DNA from: Syncephalis fuscata S228
Lineage: Eukaryota; Fungi; Zoopagomycota
NCBI GenBank assembly: GCA_025786725.1
Contig: JAHLTZ010000010.1
Location: forward strand, 62,001-126,000
DNA: 64,000 nt
Direction: 5' to 3'
Below, in pieces: positions 39,942-52,978 of this stretch. Both the position numbers and the translations under genes were made by a program. Position 1 is the stretch's first letter, and every line of letters starts with the position of its first letter. The notes below the pieces were generated by a model that saw nothing but the letters and a program-made list of their open reading frames with translations, did no database searches and was not told where the DNA came from.

Positions 39942-42900
39942 TCAAATTTGTCGTGTACCCGTCATGTTACCACCAGCACTACCACCACTATTATTGCTGG
40001 TTAATAGCGATGCTGTATTAGTGGCAGTCATTAGTGTTTGGGTGGCCGCATTGTGTACACGTAGTCGCCAACTTTCCTCGCCTGCTTTAAATCGGCCATG
40101 GCGTGCTTCTCTTTGCGCTTCCATACGCTGTCGATGGCTTGTTGCGCCCAAATCCATACGCTGCTTCCCTTTGGCCTTTAAATCGGCCAATGCTCTATTA
40201 AGGGCCGATGCATGTCGAAGTTGCTTTTCACGAAAGTGTTGGATACGCTTCTGACGTCGTGCAAACACTCGTTCTTGTGCACGACGATAAACAGTCGCCA
40301 CCGGTGCATATAATGTTTCAATATGCTGCTCTATCTTACCACGTCGTAGAATAGCATCTGAGTCTGATTGGAAATACCAAGCTAGAAATTCAGATAATGT
40401 CATAGGTAATAAAACGGTACCTGAATTGGTACCTGTACCACCACCACCATTATTACTAATACGTGGTGATGGCCAATCATGGTTATTAGCATAAAAGCCA
40501 AGTTCGCTATCGGTTCTATTAGATGAACTAGCACCGTGATTGCTATCTTCAAGATAATCAACCTCGTCTTCAATACTTGATCGAGTAAATTCTTCATCGG
40601 AACGATCGCGTAATGAAACGGTAAAAAAGCGTCGAATCACTTCGTAATCTTCTATAATAGCGGTAATGGCCCGTCTATTCTCGGCCGATGGACGAAATAC
40701 CGATAGCAATATACGAGCAATCATCGACCGAATAGTCGGTTCAGCCAAATGAAAGGCCCGCATTAATAGTAAAAGGCCGTGTGATTCACGGAATCTTGGC
40801 TGATCAGCAAGCATTTCAAACGAAAATTTACCAAATACATTAACTTGTTCCAGTGTTGATAAATCAGCCTGTAATAAATTAATAATAAGCGCATCACGTA
40901 TATGGAATAGTCCAACGGTTTTCATAATATTACGCGTTTCAGCCGCGTTGTGACAAGCAATCTGGTTAAGACAGCCGGCGAATCGTAGATAAATTGTGGC
41001 ATTGGGTGGTTGATACTCATCAAGATGTCGATAAAGTACTGCCAAGTTCTTTAACACTTCCGATGCGTTCCGTATCGAGACAAGGCCGTCGCTCGTAGTA
41101 GGCGAGTACATCGTCGATAAGTTGCAGCTGGAATGTTTCACTCTCGGCCACTGCTCCTTTAAGTCGGTTGATTATGGAAATGCGACGTGCCATATCAAAC
41201 ACCATCATTCGCTGAGCAATAGCATGTACCATCGAGGCAATACGTCCATAATTACTCTTTTCCATAACACCACGGTCTTGTAGAAATACGGCAAACCATT
41301 CCGGCCATGGATGTTCCCACAGTGTAACCATATTGTCAGGTGTAAGCATACGCTTTACATCGGCCAACAAATCAAACATTAAATTAATATTATCGCAAGC
41401 CCGAAGTAATTCCAATAAAAGCCGAATAAGTTCTGGATAGACTACGTGTCCGTAAGTTGAAGCGATAGTCGTAATATAGGCTTTCTAACACCAAGTGTCG
41501 GTAATGATGTATTGGCAGTGTTATTGTTATTATTACTGGCTATATTTGTTGATTGATCACATCGATAAAAATTAAGTGCTACACCAAGCAGTGTCTGTAC
41601 AAGATCCGACGTAACCGGGAAAGGTGCCAAAAATAGCCACATAGCATCAAACCCATTAACTCGTGTCATTAAAGTACGGCTTTGTCGTACATTGGAACTC
41701 ATAAGTACACCAAGTAATTTGAGTACTAGTAAACGGAATCGTTCACTTGGTAAATCAAGAAATGATATAAGTAGAGTGAGTCCATTTACCGACGACAACA
41801 GCTCAACTAGATGTTGATTCCACGTAGCATGGCGTATAGCAGATCCAGCACTTCACATTTATGATCCAGATATTGCCGCTTTTCATAGGCAATAAAATCT
41901 AATAAATGGCGTAACTCAGTAGAACTTAGATCCTCCATCATCGCATCTAATAATCGGAATAGAAACTGATGCTGTGATACTGGTAGCGTTAATAAGAGGT
42001 CAAAAAGTAGTACAAATCCTGGACCGGCTCGCCACCAAGCTAGATTCTTTCGTAAATCCAGTAGTACATTTACTAGTAAATGGATTGCTTCTAGCTGTAC
42101 ATTCTCCGGTGCCCTTAGTAATAGATCGGTGTACATATCCATGCCTTCCCAGTGAACGAGAAGTCGATGCGCATGTTCGGTATGACCATCACAAGAAATA
42201 TCCAATAAAAGTTCGAAATGATCCATTGTTAGTGGCCATCGTGATGTTGCTAATAAATGGCGAATAACATGAAATCCAGACGATACAGTAAATTGTTCAC
42301 GATTCATTGGCGATTTCAATAATAAACATACAACAATATTAAGACCAATAAGCTGATACTCTAAACTGGTCTCCATCATAGGAAAGCATACTTGTGGTCC
42401 ACCCACTTGACTAATAACATCGCCTAATTTACGCATATAATGCACGCTACACCCAGCTAATCGTGTATAGCAAGGTGGTGGTGTTTCTGTATGAGTGATA
42501 TTTGTTGTTGTAATCGCTGTATTACTATTCATCATTGGTGTTGCTATGTTTGCTATATTAGTGACCATCATAGCTGGATTAACTGTAGTATTCGATGTAA
42601 TAGGTGCTGTTGACACACTAGCACCATTATGGCCATAATGATGTGTATTTATGAAAGGATGGTTATTGTTGCTTGCATAGCTTGAAGCTAATTCAACAAA
42701 GCAAGTCTTTGGGTCAATGACCAACGCTTCTCGGTGTTCAATATTAAGCTGTGCTCGTAGATTATCACCATAACGTAGTCCATGATCAAATACGCGACGG
42801 GCCACTGATCCATCCCAAATACCTTCAAAGAAAGTGATGCCACTTAATTGCCCGCAGAAATACTCGCCCGTCGTCAACCCATGACCACGACGACCCACGA

Positions 42901-45900
42901 CACCCATGCAAATGCGTTCTTTTGATGATACGCGTGGATAATGAAAAGTGTTACACGTTTGCGTTAGTTGTCCGTTAACAAATAGCGTCATTTCTTGGCG
43001 TGAATGAGCCAGAGCAATATGATGCCAGTCAGATGCATTGGCAAAATCATAGCCATAAAATACAAAATCTTCTGGCGGCATTGGATGTTGTTGCGTACGT
43101 ACACATAAACAACATCGATTAGACTGAGCTAGTCGTCGAAGATATAGCTCAAAGAAGCAGCCTTGTGGATCTTCATAACAAAGAAATCCAGTATCATCAC
43201 CAAGGAATACAGTTACTTTAAGCCAGCATGAAAGCGTGTACCCAAATTTCTGTCCTGGTAATTTGTCAAGTGGAAAAGATAAAAGAGCACCTGCACCATC
43301 AAAACTAAACATATAAACTGGGTCGAGACGTGATGCAATTTCTAATAGAGCAAGTAATAATTCTCGTTGTAATTCAGCCACTGTTTGTGATGTTACTTGT
43401 AGATTATCCTCCAATCGTGGACCATAAGGTGCATTTTCAGCCACGCGAAGTGGATCATAAATAGCATTTAAAAGTAAAGCGGCCTCTCCTGGCCCAATAT
43501 CGTGACTGCCTATTAATGCAATAAGATTGGCCAATGAAGTAGGTGGCAATGTTGTTGAGCCGCTCAATATGCCACAAATAGTTGAACGAACCATCCATTC
43601 AAGTCCTTCGTGGGCGCACATTAGTTGTTGATTTTGTGGATTAATATGTAATAGTTGCATTAATAAATCGAAATAGTATAATTCAAGCTCATGTCCACCC
43701 GCAGTGACACGGAATAGTAGTTTGAGTGCCATGTTGGCCGCATATCGATCACGGAACACCACACCAATAAGTCGTTTAGCCAATGGTGTATCACTGCCAC
43801 CCAGACTATGATCCACTTGACTTGTTACATCTAGACTTGATTTACGATGAAGCGATAGTGTACGTATACCACTACCACTATGATGGTGTTGGCTATGATT
43901 ACTTGCTTGAATACTTTCTGGTGGTGGTGGGGGTGGGGGTGAGAAACAAGGACTTGGTATTTGTCCATATGGATCAGAGGCCAAATCTTCTAATAACGCT
44001 TCTGTTCGCATATCCATTAGTGGTCCAGCAATACTGCGTGGACGAGCAGAAAACATGCTTATTGAGTCTTGTCCACGGGTGGTTAATCGCCGATAGAGCT
44101 GCTGGTATCTCTATGTCGGCGATTGCCATCACTAAATATACTTGATGGACGGGAGGCTGATTGAGCGGGCCGTTGACTACCCGGCCTGCTATTTGATACA
44201 GGTCGCTCCAACCTACCCTAGTGAATACTAAATTGACACATCTATAAAGCACAACTTACGATGGTGTTTGGAGACCGGGTTTTCTTCCTTCGTAAAATGG
44301 CAATGGTCCTTCAAAGAGTACAGTAGGCACAAGTAGACCAGCAATAAATGGAATGACGGCGCCAGATAAATGAAATGGTTCTTCGTCACGATCTACCTTA
44401 CTTAGATCTCTTACAACACTGCCAACCGTGGCTACTTCTAGAAGAATTTGACAACAAAGACTAGAACTGTATAAGTGCCATTACTCTATTCTATTCTAAG
44501 TTACTTACCGGTCCAATGGCCGTTGACTTGATAGTACTAATTCCATAAATCCTTCATAGCCAAATGTTTCGCCTAATAATTGCTTGGTCTCTTCACCACC
44601 GGCAAATAAATCGCCGACGGCAATAAGTGCACAAGTGGCAACATTTAAATCGCGTGTTTGCTATAACATGATAATTATTGATAATTATTAATAAATAGTA
44701 TTAATGCAATTAATCAACTTACACTCAATACAGTTAATAATGCTTCAATGCCACCCAATTCACCAAAATGACGTTTAGCCAAATTACTACGTCTAAATAC
44801 CGAGGATAGTAATTGGCATATTTTAACATGAAACCAACTAAATGAAAATCTAAATGGCCGAACTGCCTTTTTAGTATGTGGTGCTGTCATTGAATCTTCT
44901 TCATGGCCGGTGTCATTTTCATCTATAATCCATGTTGTTTTAAGTGTTGAGGTAAGACTGGCCAGTACAAGTTTTAACAGTTTAACAAGCCACTAATGCA
45001 TCAATAGAACATATAGAGTAAATTGTAGTTAGCGTTACTCTAATATGTTAATTTTATCAATGCTACCTTAATGCCATCACTTGTAGCATTTTTACAGAGT
45101 AGACATTCACGCAGTAACCACATAGCCATGTCACAAACAAGCCGTTCATATTCATGGTCATAATCAAGCTCAAACGGTGCATTTGAATCGTTATTTTGGG
45201 GTATTTTCCAACAAAGTGTTGTAGATAATGCAACTGCGTCATGTAGAATCTGAAATCCTTGATTAACCTTGACCAGTTCCATATCTCTTCCCGTAGCTAT
45301 TAAATAATGTATATATATATATATATAAGTATTTAATAAATTAATAACCAGTGAACTAATAAATGGTATTACCATACCTTCAATAAGCATGCCTATTATT
45401 TGTAACAAAGCAAGGTATTGTTCTTGGACCATTGCTCGTCGGGTAGATTCAATGGTTTGCATGTCATGTGGATTAATTAGCATGCTGTGTTCTAGCAATT
45501 CAGCTACATTTGGGTTCTCGTCTGTATCCGATACGGAATCCTTTAAATGGTAGGCTCGTCTTAATAATTGCAAATAAATATTAAGAAACCTTGGCTCGAC
45601 TGCGTTTTGACGACAAAGTTGATCCTGAACAAGTTATTAAATGTATTTAGTAAATGTAGATATTAAGTGAGCTAATCGATTAACTTACTGTAAGAAGTCG
45701 GCCTACACTACGTAGAATCATGCCTACAACAACATTATAGGATGGTAGAGTAATTTGCATCAGTATACGTGTATACTCCTATATCTATCTATTAGTTATA
45801 TTTACAAGTAATACTAGTATTAATACTTGCATTTAAAATGTATAAATTGTGTTCACTTAGTAATACTGAAAAGTATTCTAATAACCAAGTAATCGAGGCA

Positions 45901-48750
45901 ATATACTGCCAAAGTAACGATGCATCTACAATCTTTTCAAGCGCTGTTGCTCGTTCAATATCCACTATTGATCCATGGTCAGATCCAGTGTATTGGCTTT
46001 CAGGATCCAGCCCCTATTAAATATAATGTTAATTAGTATTAATCAAGCATATATAATTATACCATAGATATAAAGCTATATCGATTAACCACTTACCATT
46101 TGTTTGGCCAATACAATGTCATTACCTTGTGTAGATGCTGAAGTAGTAAGCATTCGTATTAATCGATCAACACCGCCACATTTCCATCCAACAACGGCAT
46201 TAAAGGGATTTACAGTTATTAAATCCTAAGAATTAGTAATCATAATATGTTAGTACATTAATTAATATATATATATATATATACTATTAACAATTTCATT
46301 TACCTGAATACAATAAAGAGCATGTCGACGAGCCTTTAATTGAGTGGCTTCAGTAGCGATTCTGAATAGTAAATCAGCTGCTTCAATATGTGTAATTTTC
46401 TATTATTCATCATAGTAGTCATTGTTACTATAGCAATATTATAATGGTACCATTAGTATCTTACCAAATCTGGTGTTAATCCCAATGCAATGGTAAACAA
46501 TAAATTAAAATAATCCTAATATTTAAGTTAAGTGCTATATCCACACTAGTCACTATATTACTTACACGATACCACAATTCTTCTTTATCTTCATCGCTAC
46601 CTTCTTTTACTGTATCTTCATCACCATTGTCATCTTCTTCCTCTTCCTCTTCCTCTTCTTCCCCTTCTTCATTTTCGTCGTTGTCGTCGTCTTCTTCTTC
46701 AACGCCATAACTAGTAGGCAAATCATTATCATATCGATATGCTTTATCCGCTTTCCATGGTCGATTAAGATCCTCAAGTATTGCTGAGTAGCCATCAATT
46801 TGATGAAATAGCAATTGGCTAGTTGGATGATTAAACAATAGTTTACATATAATTTCAACAAGTTCTAATCGAGATGCAGAGCTTAGATTGTTACGACTTT
46901 GAAGTATTTTTGTAAGAGAGCGAAGTGCATTTTGTTGTCGTAATAAGTCCTAATTATCAACGTGTCTATTAATACTAACCAATTTAATTTATTCATCTCA
47001 CTTACTCTAATTACTTTGGCATTCTTTGTTGGTTCATTGACTTGATCCATTGCTATACGATTTGAAGATTCTTCTGATTCGCGTCTCTCTATAAAACGAT
47101 GATATCAATAGGTGGATTATTGCAATATTAAGTTTATTACCGGTATGTGCTGCTTCCATCTCGGCTGGTCGCTGTTTGCCCAGACCAACTAGATTACGCC
47201 ATCGACCAAATATCGTTTGATTTTCGGTTGATATCGAATTGGTTGTTACGTGTGCCGTATTACTACTACTGCTGCTATTATTATTTCCATGGCTATTCAT
47301 TCGACTTAAATGAAGTGGTTCATCTTTTATACATTTATCAATTAGTATTAGTATCAATACTATCTGTACAATGTATCTATCCTACTTGGGTCTATTTGTA
47401 ATGAGTCGAGCCAATGTTCAATTGTAGCTGCATTTGGAACAAAATCACTAGTATGTCATAGCTAGCATTAGTGTTAATACATTAGTAATTAAATACAAAT
47501 ATACCATTTATGATCAGTTGTGGTAGGGTTGTTATGAAAATAGTCTACACGTCCTACAATAGTTTGTAATTAGAATAATCAATATTATATCATTTAAATT
47601 AACCATTTATTATAAACTTACCACGCGTACTATTTCCTGGACTGCCCAAATGAGGAAATACTCGGCCTAGTTCAAATGACATGATATCTCGTACATCTGA
47701 CACTAAACTTGTTACCTTATCGCCAACTGCTACACCAATCAATGCACTGAAATGAGTTGGTAAACTATCATCAATCTCTTCGGCAATTGTAGTCGACTAT
47801 AATAAGTTATATGGTTAGTATTTACTTTATATTGCTATTATTAATAGCATCAATACTTACTACACGCACTTCATTCTGTGTCTCTGCCAATCGTTTAATT
47901 GTATGAATGACCTCGGCAGTAAGTGTATCATCATTTTGTGATACTAATAGTAATATTTTACGAAAGCCTTGATGCCGACCTACAATCATTGTCATATTAT
48001 AATTATATAATTATTAAAACAATAATTTCTAATATATTCTAATTTACTTACCAATTTCTAATTTGGCATCATCTTCTTGACTAAGTGCCAATAGAACACG
48101 TATTGCATATCGTCTTGTGGTGGTACTTTTCAGTTTGTTTAACAAGGCTAGTATGCGTGTTGTTAGATTTGGTGTATCCAACACTACTCGTCGATATTTC
48201 TCTTCCTATCCGTATTCATGTTTATTGTTAAAATAATTAACAATCCATTGCCATATTACTTGCCTGCAGAATAAGCCGGCTCACATTAAGTGCTTTGCCA
48301 ATAAGTTCATCATCACAACAGTTATTCGTATCACTCATAGCTGTTTTTGGTTTATGTTGGTTTACAACACTAAATATGTCCATATACATATAAGTATCGA
48401 TCTAGATTATATCAAACACTTCTAACTATAAACACATACCGTTCAATTGTATAGAGTAAGTTAACGAGAATCTCACTGCAATCACCATACAGCTTATCAA
48501 GAGTCGCGCTTATGTGGGTTGACAAGGAGACTTGCGTCCACTCGGCGTACGCTTCTTCAAATGCAGTTAAGAATTCATTTAGCTGAACCGTCATAGCTGG
48601 CGATTCCCTATACTAGAGATTAGTAAAGACCTATTTGTTTGTTGCTTATCTCGCTTACTCTTGGCTAGATGCCAACAGATACTCCTCCCAAAGACGCTGC
48701 AGCCGTTGATAAGTCTTGTAAAGCTGCCATTTCTGCCGGACTGTTTGCAT
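39942..48750 (-). CDS. Neurobeachin/NBEAL-like protein: N-terminal helical (ARM-like) region plus ConA-like/laminin-G and DUF4704-like segments, no BEACH domain seen
   Basis: ATG 48750 (MQTVRQKWQLYKTYQRLQRLWEEYL); about 17 introns; ORF 41807-44056 has FSFDGAGALLSFP...GYTLSCWLKV...WHHIALAH...LFVNGQL and VGGPQVCFPM, matching BEACH-family N-terminal domains; ends at the stop at 39942. Apparent frameshifts near 41810, 41430 and 41135. Confidence 0.75.
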
Positions 48751-49811
48751 GGCAGCAGAATCACTTTTGTTTAACGCTTACAGACAATGGCTGGCTACAA
48801 TACAGACAGTTTTTAGCATAAAAGTGTATTAACAAGATGGCAATAGTACTAGCTGTGGTCACTGTTGGTTGTTATTAGCTTTTATAAAAAGTGGATAAGC
48901 ACAGGAGTGCTAGTAATAATGTGTGCTATTTGTGTAGTGATGCTATAAAATAAAGTTATAAACCAATAATTTATCATTTTCATATTATTATTAATAAAAA
49001 GTGTAATATTTGTTATTTGAAAAGCACATCCCACTAAATGTGTGATGTGTGTGTGTGGTGAGAGTGGATAAATTACGAAATACGAATAATAAACCAAGTA
49101 TACTCAACTCGATATGAGAAGAATATACATTGACAATAAAGACAAGTAGGTGCTACTCAAACATCAAATAATACACACGGAATACTGCAAAGATTTGACC
49201 ATGTACTGCGAAATAATTCATCAATGACAAAGTCAGGGATAATATAGACATCAACAAGAAAGGCAGACAAAGGAGAAACGGAAATGCAAGTCTGCAGTAT
49301 GGATAGAAAAGCGATAGAGATAATGTGAAAGGGAATAGAGAATGTAGAGATAGAGAGAAAGATAGAGAGAGGCAGAGAGAGGCAGACAGACGAACAAACA
49401 AACAAGAGAGAGAGAGAGCGAGCAAAAGCTAGAGAAATAAAGGTTGAAAAAAGCATACACATACGCAAGCTAGTGCACGTCAACTGAAGAACAAAACAAA
49501 GTTTGATGAATAAATAACCATTTTGTGGATGCCATCCAAAAAGACTGCTATCAGATGCCATGCGCGTGCCATTTATCTGCATGCTGCCGTATATTGTTGA
49601 ATCATAATGGCGGTAATTGTGTTGCTGTAGTTGTTGTTGTTGCTATTGCTATTGCCGTACTAATGTTTGTTCAAATAAACGAATTGATACGTTTGTGGTC
49701 GAGAGCCAGCCACATGCCACAATAACGATGCACACGTCCAGTATCCATTTCGTGTATTATGACAAACTACGGCTTAAAAAATGCAACTACGCTTTACGTA
49801 TTACTTGGCAA

Positions 49812-52255
49812 CTACATAAATTGGCCTACCGAGGCGGATTCACTCATGAATGTGGGTGTCTGGGCTACATGCATGCCATTCGAGTTGGATACAACTTGGC
49901 CATTCATTTGCCAGTTGGGTGCACTGGTGTGAATAACCGTACTAAATTCAGATGAAACTGAACCGTTGTTATTGTTGTTGGCATTGTTGACATTTTGGCT
50001 GGCCATAAAGCTTGGTGTAGCTGGAATAGAGCCCATTGAGTGGTGGCGCATTGTTTGATGATGATAGTGTTGTTGGTGCGAATGATTCACTGACATATCA
50101 TCCTGTGCACGAAAGCTTTCCATTACTTGTGCAGGGGACTGCGATGGCACTTCAGAAATGGATGGCAAATGCGATCCATAGCTTGATCCGCTTGGAGTCA
50201 ACGCCATGGCCATTGGACCTGCATTGCTGCTGTTTTGATAAGCAACGGCAGCGGCGGCGGCGGCAGCGGCGGCAGTATGATCATCGTAAGGAGCGCCGCC
50301 TGATGCACTTGGAGTAATAGGCGATGTCATTTGAATCTATAAATATACAAATATATTAGTTAGTATTTATTCAGCGGTGATTTAATATTTGTTATGTAAT
50401 AGTTGCTTACCTGATGCTGTTGCTGATCGTGTGAGCCATAAATATCTGGCGACGTTTCAGACGATGACATATCCGACATCATAGATGGGAATGGATAGCT
50501 ATTGCCTGGAGTAGCGCCATTTTGTCCTGCTAAATGGCCTGGTGTTGCAGGTGACATAATGACCGAGTTGGCGCCATTCGTAGCAGTCATTTCCATCTTA
50601 GCCATGCCACCCAATGGTGTAATGGCCGATGCACCACCATAATGCGATGATGAATAGGACGAGAATGGAGAAGAAAGACCGCTTAGATCAGCACCGCCGC
50701 CCAAATGAGGAGGTGAGCTTGAAAGTCCGCCGTGGTGTGAAACAGAACGACCAACTGCCAATGGATTAAAACGTTCGTGATGATCAGCATAATGACCGGG
50801 ACTGCGACCACGCACGACCAATGGAGCTGATTGGGCACTGGCTACACGGAATGTCTTGCCAGCACTGGTTTCGGCAAATAGCTCAACCAAAAGTACGTAG
50901 TATTGCTGAGCAGCACGGCGTTTGCCATTGTTTGCTGTGGCAGTCTTGAATTGAACACGTTCAAATGTAACAATGCTATGATTGTTGCCGACTGAGCTCA
51001 TGTTCAAGTTACCGCCAGCTCGAATATGCTTGGGTAATGGCGTATTCTGTGGACCTTTGTCACGCTTGGGCGTATGCTGCACAAGATCAATCTTTTTGTC
51101 ACTGTTTGAAACACGTGCTCCGACGCCAAGAGAGAATTGAGTAACATGATAGAAAATGCCATTTTCGCCTTCAATCAGGCATGGGATTTCTGGCTGGTTA
51201 AACGGATGATGATTGGCCGTTTGAATAGAAAACGCACTGCTGACCTGGAAGTAATTGCGGCGGTAGCATGTCCAGTCGTTATCCGCTAGGAAAAAGCCGC
51301 GGTCCATCTTGGAGTGGATTTGTACAAGTAAGTTATGCTTTTGGTCGAGCGAATATAGCTTGTATTGCTGACGAGCTGGCGAAAAGAACGGTCCAGCGTC
51401 GTTGGCAAAGCTATAGGTATCGGATCGGCGACGACGGCTAAGCATTGACGAGTGATAGCTACCAACGGCAGCCGCAGCTGCAGCCATCGAAAGGCTCGAG
51501 TGTCGTGCCAAGCTAGATTCAAGTGAAAGACGGCGTTCAAACTCTGGACGGAGTATATCGGCGTTAGCGTCACCCATACGCGGATTGGCCGACATTGAAG
51601 GCGTTTGTAATGGCACGTATGAAGTAAGCCGAGCAGTGTCAAATTCGGCCCGATTGGTTGCGCCTAAATGCTGGTTCAAATACATGCTAGCTTCTTGGCC
51701 GATAGATGCAACAGCCATAGCGGCCGAATGACTAGCTGTAGTCATTTGATTGCTTGAGTTTAATGCGTCATTATATTGCGACAAGTTTGTATCAGTATAT
51801 GCATCGGATGAATTGCTTAACGATGGCAATCCAAGTTGCATAGCAGGTGCAGATGATTGCGACAACATAGCCTGTTGCTGTTGCTGTTGTTGTTGTTGCT
51901 GCTGCTGCTGCTGTTGTTGTTGTTGTTGCTGTTGCTGCGCATTATACTGTGATGTTTGAAGCGATGATGACGATGATGATGACGACAGCGCTGCTGACAT
52001 AGCCGGTTGTTGGGACGAGTTTTGAGAAGCAAACGTCCAGCGTTGCTGCTCGTGAATAGACGGCATCTGTGCTTGTTCCTGGCTTTCACGCAGCTGTTGT
52101 TCCTGATGCTGGGAAAGAGACGGTAACGGTGCATGGTGGTGGTGGTGGTGCACGTCGGAAAACCCATTGACGGCATGCGATATGCCGCCATGGTAAAGCT
52201 GTGAAGCAACGGCCGCGGCGGCTGCTGTTGCGGCCTCTCCACTATTACTGGTCAT
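49812..52255 (-). CDS. NDT80/PhoG-family transcription factor; intron 50337-50410
   Basis: MDRGFFLADNDWTCYRRNYFQVS, LVQHTPKRDKGPQ, FERVQFKTATANNGKRRAAQQYY and VRGRSPGHY are NDT80_PhoG domain motifs; poly-Q/H/S/A low-complexity flanks. The 3' end is less certain. Confidence 0.93.
51872..51937 (-). repeat. CAG/CAA trinucleotide repeat encoding about 22 Gln
   Basis: ctgttgctgttgctgttgttgttgttgctgctgctgctg... on the plus strand, in frame within the NDT80-like CDS. Confidence 0.9.
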
Positions 52256-52947
52256 GGTGCGTATAAAAACGATTCGGTCGTACAAGACAGACGAAAAGGG
52301 GCAATTGGCTGCGGGTACAGAGGTAAACTGTCGATAAGACGATACGTACGTGGATGTATGCGTGCGTGTAGCTGGGTAGTCAAAAACCAGACCTGACAAG
52401 CACAAATAGCTAGTTAAAAAGCCTTGACGTCAAAAATGTTGCTGATATCGAATAGTTGACGATAATTAAAGTTTTGAATAACAAAACCAATACCTATGCG
52501 TAACAAAGATACCAAGTAAAGCGTGAGAGAATAAGGTTAGCAAGCAGTGGTTCAAACACAATGGGACGTGACGTGGCAGGTGGCACTAAATAGACCAAAT
52601 GTGCGTAACAAATGTTAAGGAAAGCTGCACAACAACAAAAGTGCCAGCGTAAAAAGAGATAATGAACAAAACGACAACAACGACGGAGAAGTGGTAATGG
52701 TGATAGTGTTACTGCGGTTACTGCTACTGCTGTTACTACTAGTAGTGACAATAACGACGACGACAACGATAAAAACGTAAAAGAAATAAAAGTAAAAAGT
52801 AATGAGCCACTGCAACAACGGAAGAGTGAAAACTACTGCTCAAAAGAAAAAGATGGATAAAGTGCGCATGTGTGCATGTGTGTCAGTATGCGTGTGCTTG
52901 GGGGCTGCCTTTTAGCAGAATTAAGCAATGTGCCAGGTGTCGATGTT

Positions 52948-52978
<31 letters not shown>
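52948..52978. repeat. (GT)n dinucleotide microsatellite; similar tracts at 25342-25358 (GT), 35026-35052 (CA) and 55908-55926 (GA)
   Basis: Directly visible runs. Confidence 0.85.

Noticed and set aside
49153-49582. Hydrophobic ORFs upstream of the neurobeachin-like gene
   Set aside because: Products of (GA)n/(CT)n low-complexity sequence in UTR or promoter DNA.
51750-51959. Poly-Cys ORF on the plus strand (metallothionein-like)
   Set aside because: It is the antisense reading of the poly-Gln CAG/CAA repeat in the NDT80-like gene.
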